Source: Diplonema japonicum
Lineage: Eukaryota > Protista > Euglenozoa: Diplonemea
DNA length: 64,000 bases
Assembly (NCBI GenBank): GCA_964019335.1
Contig: OZ025725.1
Coordinates: forward strand, 124,001 to 188,000
Reading direction: 5' to 3'
How positions within the stretch are numbered: the stretch's first letter is position 1; every line of letters begins with the position of its first letter. The notes under the pieces were generated by a model, which did not search any database, was not told where the DNA came from, and saw only the letters and a program-made list of their open reading frames with translations. A program made the translations under genes and the position numbers. Below are positions 26,603-36,000 of the stretch, piece by piece.

Positions 26603-27068
26603 GATTTTTTTTTCTTTTTTTTTCCTTTTTTAACCTTACATGTTAGATAGTTAAACGCTTTTTTTTTTTTTTTTAACCGACCCCATTCTTTAAAAGACAA
26701 CAAGCACTGTCCCCCCCAATATAGAAAAACATTTTCTTTTTTTTTTAAAGGCAGAAGGGCGTGTGGGAGAAGGGGAAACGCTACACGAGGGGGAAATATC
26801 AAAACGAGAGGGGGGGGGGGGGGAAGGAAAAGGAGAAGATATCTTTCTCCACTCACGGAAGCCCTTGCCCTATCCCTGCTCTTTTTTTTTTTTTTTTTTT
26901 CCTTCAGCGCGAAAAACCGCCGGGTCCTTTCTTCCCCCCCAGTCTCTTTTCTTTTTTTTTTTCTTTTTTTCCACCTTATGTAGTCCGTTTTCTTTTTTTT
27001 TTTTTTTCTCTTTTGTTTACCATCACCGCATTTTCGTTTTTACACAAACAGGCTGGGGGGGCCCTTTT

Positions 27069-30000
27069 ATGGAAGGCCAGCCACGTTTCGGAGGCCAAGT
27101 CGGGATATATAAGTCGGAGGGGAAAGAAGACGAAAGAGGATGGAAGGACAAGCTGGGTGTGAAGAAGCAAGCAAGCTTTTCAAAGCCAGGTGTGGAGGAG
27201 GGAAAGGCCGAGGGGATCGCGATGATGGGCGGGAAGAACGCGTGGCAACAGTTTGTGGACGATGAAGGGAGGGTTTTCTTCCACAACGCCGCCACGGAAG
27301 AAACATCGTGGACCCTGCCTGGAACCGACGCGGAAGAACAACAAAATGCAAAGAAGTGGAATCGGTACCGAGACCCCTCTGGGACCGCGTACTATGCTAA
27401 CACCACGACCAACGAAACAACATGGGACAGGCCCTTGAGCTTTGCAACCGCCACTCCTCTTACCGAGCCCAATGGTATCCTCCCTGGATCCACAAACACT
27501 TCTTTTGGGAACCTTTCTGACGGCGAACTCGATCTTGACCTTTCTGCTTTGGAAAGCCCTCGGGCTCCCGAAGAAACTCGTCCGCCTATTCAGCGTGCGG
27601 AAGATATCAACCTCGAAGACCTAGATCTGGACGTTGATGAGAAAGCGGAGGACGATTTTCTAGCGAACGACTTGGATCTTGACAGTGATGAGAAAGTGGA
27701 GGAACATGATTTTTTAGCACAGATTGAAGACGATCTTGCGGACGGGAAAAAAGAAGAAGAGGATGAGCTGCTCGTGGTGCCTCGGTCGCCCGCCTACGAA
27801 CTGCCGGCCTTCGCCACCGCACTTCTCCAACCATCATCGTCGAAACGGTTCAAGAAGCGTGAGCTCGGATCCGGGTTTTCTACGTTTTACGACATGCGCG
27901 AGGCACGCCGAGCGGCCGTGGAAAAAACCAAGCCTGTAAAACCCGTCCTCCAGCTTCCCATGACGTGCTGCGCCAAAAAACTCGGCGGAACCCTGAACAG
28001 GGAGTGGAACAAGAAATGGTTGGCGCTCACCAACACGGAGCTCTCCTTTGCAGAGGATGAGACAGGCAGCGCAAACCGAAAGATTGTTCCGCTAGAAAGC
28101 GTAACATCCGTCTCTACACTGAGCGACTCAGTGCACGGAAGGCAATTCGTCTTCCAGATTAAAGTGACGAACCAAAAGGACAAAGTCTTCCAAGCATCAT
28201 CCGCTGCCCTCCGAGACGAGTGGATCGCAGCGCTCCTTCAGCTCAAAAAAGAAGCTAGTACTGCCGCTCAGATGTTCGATGCATCTAAAATGGGCGAAAC
28301 CTGGGGCGACATGCCCGGCGAATTCATGTTCAAACCTCGCTCAGAGAAGATCGACCCGTCCTTCACTCGAGAAGTCACGAGCTTCTTCCGCTCCGACACC
28401 TGGGCAGCCAGGTGGGTTTGGACCTCGAAAGGCATTCTGAGCTACGCAAAAAAGAAAGGCGGTGCATCTGAAAAGGAGATCCGCCTCGATTCCATCGTCT
28501 ACTGTGGGGTGTGTATTTTTTTCTCTTTTTTTTTTCCTTTTTTTTCTTTGCTTGAACAAGAAAAACATTACTTTATTTCACTCTTCGAACGCGTCTGTCT
28601 GTCTGCCAGCCAAAGCTGTTTTTTGTTAAGATGCCATTCACTGCTCTTCTAAATTTCTGACTGTTTTCATTATCTTGTTTAGTCCAATTCACCTGGCATA
28701 TGAGACAATATCGCCTGGCAGAGAGAGACGGGTTTGCGGAATCGGATTCTGTCCCAGCATGATCTCTGCAACACTCATGGTACATTCTACGCAGTCAGAT
28801 CGTCCATGTTTACATGTATATGATACACATGAGCCGTATGGGGTGTCCGTCTGATTGTGCGTATTCCGGACCGCGCCATTGACACATGCATATGCCACAG
28901 GGTTGGTGCAAGCCTGTGCACACACGATAAACTCCAAGTCCATGTGGTTTAATGGAAGAGCGCTTGACTACGAAAAGTGGTTCATTTATTTTTCACGATA
29001 AGTGGAAAGAAAAGAAAAATGGGCAAGAAGAAAGACAAGCACAAGGAGAAGGCAAAGCCGGAAGGGAACGGGGCCAGCACGCAGCTGGCCCAGTCCAAGG
29101 CCAGGGAGGAGCGGCGGGTGGAGAGGATGCTCCGCAGCGCGGGAGCAGCCGGGGAGCTGGGGCAGCTCCTGACACCGGAGCACCGGGAGAAGATGACGGG
29201 GGTGGTCACCGTAATTGACCTCCTCACGCCCGACGCCGCCGCCGCTACAGCCGGCCCAGCGACACCTGTCGCCTCCACCCCGACCGGCTCCGTCAAAAGG
29301 CCGGTTTCGCCTGACGCCAGCGTCGCCACCCCGACCTCCAGCAAAAAAGCTAGGAGGAAGGCCGCCAGAGCCGCGCGCGCTGACGCTGCCGCCGAAGCCG
29401 CACACATAGCTGACGCCACACACCCCCTCGAAGCCGCACGCACTGCGGCCGACGTCGAACTCGCGGGAATCGCTGCTGATTTGGAAGCTGCACGCGAGTC
29501 GGCCGACGTGGTAGCTGCAGAAATAGCTGCTAAGATGAAGGCTGCGCAGGAGGTGGCTGATGCTGCTGTTGTCAAAATGGCAGCCGAGACGGAAGCTGCA
29601 CGCGTGGCTGGTGTGGAGGCTGCTCGCAGAGCAGTCGAGGCAGAGGAGAAGGCTCTGCGCGAGCGGTCTACTGCACGACTTGCGGCAGAGGAGAAGGAGG
29701 CTGCGCGTGCTGCGGCCGAGATGAAAGCAGCCGAGGAGAAGAAGGCTACAGCCGCAGCCGCTGCAGCCGAGAAGAAGAAAGCCGCAGCCGCCGCCGCCGC
29801 CGAGAAGAAGGCCGACGCCGAGAAGAAAGCAGCAGCCGCCGCCGCCGCCGAGAAGAAGGCCGCAGCCGCCGCCGCCGCCGAGGAGAAGGCCGCCGCCGAG
29901 AAGAAAGCCGCAGCCGCCGCCGCCGCCGCCGAGAAGAAGGCCGCTGCCGACGCCGCCAGGAAGAAAGCTGCAGCCGCCGCCGCCGAGAAGGAGACCGCAG

Positions 30001-33000
30001 CCGCAGCCGCCGCCGCCGAGGAGAAGAAGAAGGTCGCAGCCACCGCCGCCGCCGAAAAGGAAGCCGCCGCAGCCGCTGCCAAAAAGGAGGAAGCTTTGAG
30101 GTTGGCGGCCGCCAAGAAGGCAGATGCCCAGAAGGTCGAGGACGAAGCAGTCGCGAACGCTTCCGCCAACGCGTCAACAGACCAAGGCACGCTCCTCCTC
30201 AGCTCAGACTCTGACACCAGCTCTGGCCCTGAGGAGATGGAGGACGACCCTGCCCCTGCCCCTTCCACAACCCCGCGATGGGACCTGGTGCCAGACACAT
30301 GGGACGCCCCGATCTACACTAACGTGTCCCCCCCGACGGAAACATCCCGCGCTGTCATTGCGCTCGACGATCCCTCCGAAATGGGGGTCGTGTGCTCCGC
30401 GTTACCTACGGCATCCATCACCTTTGTCCTTATGACAGAGGTCCCCGGTGTCACCACCCCCAGCGAGATTGTCATGGTCTCTGGGTCGCGCGCAGTGAAC
30501 AGGAGGGTCCACGTCTCCACGTTCGGGCTGGACCCCCCCACCTACACCCCGCCTTCCACCTTCAACAGCGGATCGGAGGTCGTCTACGTCTGTGTCAGTG
30601 CAGACAGCCTGAAGGAGGCGAAGGCCAGGGTCCTGGAGCTCGCCAAGGCTCAGGGCGCGGTGGTGGAGGATCGTGCGGTCTTCCGCCCAAGGAAGTTCGG
30701 TGAGGAGGAACCGCGGGCGAGGCACTGGACCCACGAGGTGGGGCTGCGCCTGCAAGCAGCACACGTCCACGCCGTCCTGCGCCGGTCCGGGGACGGGTGC
30801 ATGATCCGGACGACGGAGAGACGCGGGGGGTACGCTTATGTACCCATCGTGGCGGAAGGGAGGGCGGATGCCTTTCGGATTGCGGGGACGCTGGGTGGGT
30901 TGTCTCTCGGGGTGGCGCACCGTAAGGGATGGACTGTGCGGTGCCTACCGGAGACGGAACAGCGGCTCCGGGAAACCCTCGCAAAACTGCGTACGAAGCG
31001 CAAGTTTTTGCTCACCGGGGCCCCGCCGTCCATCACCAGGGCGGCCTTCGATGAAATGATGGACCACATCGGCTGGAAACCATCCTCCGTCCTGCGGCGC
31101 ACGCAGACGATGTTCCAGGGCACGAGGCAACTCGTGTTCTTCATCGTCGTCGACAGCCCGCCCCCGAAGTCCAGGACGTGGCTCCTTGGGGGGCGCCTTG
31201 TCTGCCTCCGTGATGCGGACGACCACCCGACCGTCAAGCCGCCCCCTCTCATCAACAGGACGACACCTGCATCTGCACCTGCGCTTGCAACGTCCTCGAC
31301 CCCGGCACCCACATCTTCTCATGTACCTGCACCTGCGCCTACACCTGTACCTGACCCGGCACCTGTATCGGCGTCGACACCCTCGGAGACTGGCCCTGCG
31401 GTGAAAGCAACTGGGCTTCCTCCCACCAGCCCGTGGGCGTCCATACCGAGCTCGGTGGCTCCCCCCCAGCTCGACACTGTGACGTCCCCTACACCGCCCC
31501 GCAACGTGTCTGGGGGAAACAAGGAGGGGGTCCCTTCCGGGTCGCCTGAGGTCGCCGCTCTCACTGAGCTCGTCGCCACGCTGAAGGAGTCGATCGTCGG
31601 GCTGCAGAGGACGATCGACTCTCAGCAGGAGATGATCTCCGATCTGCGGACGACGCTCCGCCTCCTCCTGCCGCAGGCGGCCACGCTGACGACGGGAACG
31701 GCAGTGCCGCGGGACCCTACACCGGGGGCGACGACGACACACGACAGTGTCTGGAAAGGGAAGGGGAAGGGGAAGAAGGGGGCTCCTCCTCTCGCTACGA
31801 CCTCTGAGGCTGCGGTGACGAACCTGGGTACGAGGGGGCGGGCCAGGTCGTTCGCGGAGACCAAAGATCTCTTCACCAATGGGGTCAAGGGGCGCTCTGC
31901 CTCCATGGGTCCATCCAATTGAAGGGGCCCCGCAGAACAGGGGGAGCAGCAGATCTACGACCATGCTCCCTCTCCTAGTCTCCCTCGCATCCTCCCCAGG
32001 AGACTCCTACCTCTCTGTTTCTTCACCGACTTTTCTGCACTGATCCCCACCCTACTCGGGAGGATGTCCGTCAGGGACCTGCTGGGGCTGCTTGGGCTGG
32101 TCGAAACAAACCCTGGCCCACCCAAGAAGCTGCCGCCCCCGTCGCCTAAGGGTCTCAAGGTTGTCTCGTGGAACTGCAACGGCCTCGTTGCGAAATGGAC
32201 CGTCGTATCTCGCCATGCTGACTTCTTGTCGCTGGACATCATCATGATACAGGAGACGCACCTGAGGGAAGGGCACGACACGCCACACCTGCCTGGGTAC
32301 AGGTCATACAGGAGGGATCGGTTGACACCGGTGACTGACGGCACTGCGACGAGGGGTGGTGGTATTGTCACGTATGTCCGCGACGATCTTGCCTCGGAGG
32401 AGGTTCCGCACGTACTCCCGGCTGGGGACTGTGTCACTGAGAGACTGGATGTGAGGATCTCCTGCGAGAAGCGTGAGCCGATCACTCTCTCCAACGTTTA
32501 CCTTACACCGGTAAGCGCGAGCAGAGGCACGAGGGACCCTGAGTACCTGCGGCCTGGCAGCCTTCCCATGGGGAAGAACACAGTCATAGCGGGTGACTTC
32601 AATGCTCACCACAGCTCCTGGGACGCCACGGTGACGACGCCGAACGAGAGGGGGAACGTGGTCAGGGACTGGCTGGACACCCACGGGTACACCGTCTACA
32701 ACGACCGCAACGAACCGACGAGGGACTCGTCACGACACGTTCTGGACCTGGTTGTGGGGCGCTGCGCGAAGCTTGAGCCGAAGACGCTGGGCACGTGGGG
32801 CTCCGATCATAGTCCCGTATCCTTTCACCTGCCTCTTGAGGACGTCTACCGTTCGGAGCGCCCCTTCCCCACCTGGAATTTCAAAAAAGCCAGATGGGAT
32901 GACTACACTGCTGCTGTTGCCCGCCTGCTTGCTGGTGTTGACACGGCGGCTCCGATTGACTCTGTCACGAAGGGGTTTACACAAGCCCTTTTGACTGCGG

Positions 33001-36000
33001 CGAACGACCACATTCCCCTCTGTGGGATGCGACGTGGCCCGACCCCCTGGTGGACTGCTGAGCTCGAGGACGCCTTCGAAGAGCGGAACACCCTGCGCGA
33101 ACTCCTGCTTCAAGAGGCGGACGTGGTGGTGGAGGAGTACAGGGCGAAGGTGAAGGAAGTCAACCGACTCCTTGACGAGACGAAGCGTGAGGCATGGGGA
33201 AGGATGGCGGCCGACCTCAGCCGGAGCAAGGACCTCGGGGCTGCGTTCAGAGCGGTGAAGAAGCTGGACGGCAGGCACCGAAAGACACACCTTCCTGTAC
33301 TCGAGGGAAGATTTGTGTCGGACAAGGCGAAGGCCGACCGGCTGGGGGCGCACTTCGCTAAGCTCTACGGCAGGCGTGGTGACGGGAACTCGAAGGACGC
33401 CGCTCCTTCTGCAAGCAGACTCGGGTGTCAAGCCTTCACCGTGGACGACCTCACCCGCGGCCTGAGAAGGATGAAGACGCGCAGCGCGGCCGGGGAAGAC
33501 GGAATCTTCTCGGAGATGCTCCTACACCTGAACACGGACTCCCTCGGTGTCCTCCTTCTACTCCTCAATCGCTCCTGGCTGATGGGTGTCGTCCCCGGTG
33601 CCTGGAAGAAGGGAGTGATCGTCCCGGTACCGAAACCTGGAAAAGATGCGACTCTCTTGGCTTCCTACCGGCCGATCTGCCTGACCAGCTGCCTCTGCAA
33701 GCTGCTGGAGAGGATGATCGAGGAGAGGCTCACGTTTCTTCTTGACGCGGACGGGACGGGAGTCGAGGGACTCCACGACAGCCAGGCTGGTTTCAGACGC
33801 GGCCGCTCCACGGAGGAGCAGGTGGCAACCCTCACTGAGTGCATGTCGAGGAACAAAGACGATCGACGTCTCTCGGCCGCTCTGCTGTTCGACTTCTCTT
33901 CTGCCTTCGACCTGGTGCCCCATGGTGCCCTGCTGGACAAGATGCGAGGGAAGGGTCTCCCCGAACCCTTCGTGGAGTGGACGCGGTCCTTTCTATGCGG
34001 CCGTACTGCTGCGGTCACGATTGGACGGTCGAGGGGGTCGACGACGAAGGTGCGACGGGGTGTCCCCCAGGGCTCTGTCTTGGGTCCCATCCTGTACACC
34101 ATCTACGTCGACGAACTCGCCAGGAGACTGGAGGGACTGGCGGACGTCTCGGTGCTCTACGCCGACGACGTGGCGGTTGTGATCTCCTCTGGACAAGGGG
34201 ACGTGGCTGGGCTGGAGCGGAAGGCGCAGGCAGTGGTGGATGCGGTTGAGGACTGGTGCAGGGAGCGTGACATGCTGCTGAGCACGTCCAAGACGCAGGC
34301 AGTCTGCGTCCCCCCCCAGAAACGTCTCGGGGTCTACTTCACTTCGTCACGAGTCCCCCTTCAGCCAGGTGCCTTCCAGAACCCGCTCTTCGGCCTGGGG
34401 GTGAACGCCGATGGCACGATCTCCGGGGACCAGGAGCTGGCGGGCCTTCAGGTTGTGGAGGCGGGTGGTGTGCGGATCCGCTGCGTGCGGGACATGCATG
34501 CAGCCGTGCGACGGCCCGACGTGGACTACGTTGCGGCCCGTCCCCTGCCTCTGTCTGAACACGCGAGGTACCTTGGGGTAACGGTGGACTCTGGGCTCAC
34601 GTTCGGTGAACACGCACAGGACATCCTACGGCGGGCCAGCAAAAGGCTGAGGGTGCTGAAGCTCTTGTCCGGCACGTCCTGGGGCAGCAAGAGGGACACT
34701 CTGCGGTCTCTCTACGTTACGTACATCCTCCCGCTGCTGCGCTACTGCATGGGGGTCTACTACAGCAGGCTCGATGATGTCGGGAGGAAGGACCTGGCTG
34801 GGCTTCACCAGGAGGCGGCGGTGCTGATCACGGGCTGCTGGAGTGGCTCCGGAGGGTACAAGCTCCTAGCTGAGGCAGGACTGCTTCCCCTCGAAAGAAT
34901 GGCTGAGGGTGCTGCGGCGACGATGACGGCGAAGGCCTTCTGCTGGCAGTCTTCCCCGGTTCACAGGGAGACGGTCAAGCTGAAGCAGGCGAACAGGCTG
35001 GGGTGTGGGTGGCTGCGCTCTGGCTACCAAGCACTGCGTCGATGCGGGTTGGAACCAAAGGTGCACTTCGAGTACCTGTCGGCTACGCCCCTGGCGGCCC
35101 CGTGGCAGACAGGCATGGTCGACTTCAGGACTGACCTCCCCGGCGGGGTCACGCGATCGTCGCCAGACGCGGACAGGCGGAAGGCGGCCGAGGCTGCTCT
35201 TGCGGCTCTCCCCCCGGGCATCCATGCCTACACGGATGGCTCGGTTGTACAGGTCGGACAGAAGGCGAAAGGTGGCTCTGGGGTTTATCTGCAGCTGCCT
35301 CCCCCCCTGACCCCTGTGTCTGTGTGCCATGGCGTCAACGACTTCTGTTCATCTTTTCGGGCAGAGGGCATGGCTGTGAAAACGGCGCTGGATATGGTGG
35401 CTACCCTCCGAAAAACACACCCTTCGCTGGCGAAGTCCCCGCTGTCGATCTGCACCGACTCCCTCTCCCTCGTCGAGCAGCTGCGAGCTGGCCCAACGCG
35501 ACAGAGGGAGAAGCTCGACCACCAGACGTGGAGCCGGCTGGTGTCCGCGGTGCGCACGCAGGGGACACCGGTGGTCCTCCAGTTTGTGCCCTCCCACTGT
35601 GGGGTGGACGGGAACGAGAAGGCTGACGCTCTAGCCGGGGAGGGAACGAAGCGGAAGCAGGACAGGCCCTCCCTTGACTACCGATCAGTGAGGGCCCTGG
35701 TGCGACGGTGGGTGGTGCGGAGGTCCGCGGAGCTCATAACATCCCTAGCCCACAACTACGCGGTGGCGACCGAGCTTCGGTCTGCGCACTTCCCCCTTGG
35801 CTTCCCCAGACAAGCTGAAACGGTCATCTCGCGGCTGCGGATTGGTCACTCGGCTCTCTTCTTCGGCTTCCTGCAGACTGCTGGCCCGAACAGGAAGCAC
35901 AAGGGTGTGCTCCGGTGCCCAGCCTGCCACGCAGCACCGATGTCCAGGGAGCATGTTGTCGGTGGGTGCCCTGTGATCGGGAGGGGGGCGATCGACACTC

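Noticed and set aside
28831-28870. GAGCCGTATG resembling group II intron domain V
   Set aside because: The 3' arm does not form the canonical stem and bulge, and no domain VI follows
28982-30298. Long minus-strand ORFs over the retroelements
   Set aside because: Antisense shadows of GC-rich, repetitive coding sequence with no motifs
31920-31922. UGA as selenocysteine or a reassigned codon
   Set aside because: Host genes here end in TGA, TAG and TAA normally; no SECIS core is evident in the conserved UTR. Not formally excluded without a SECIS search
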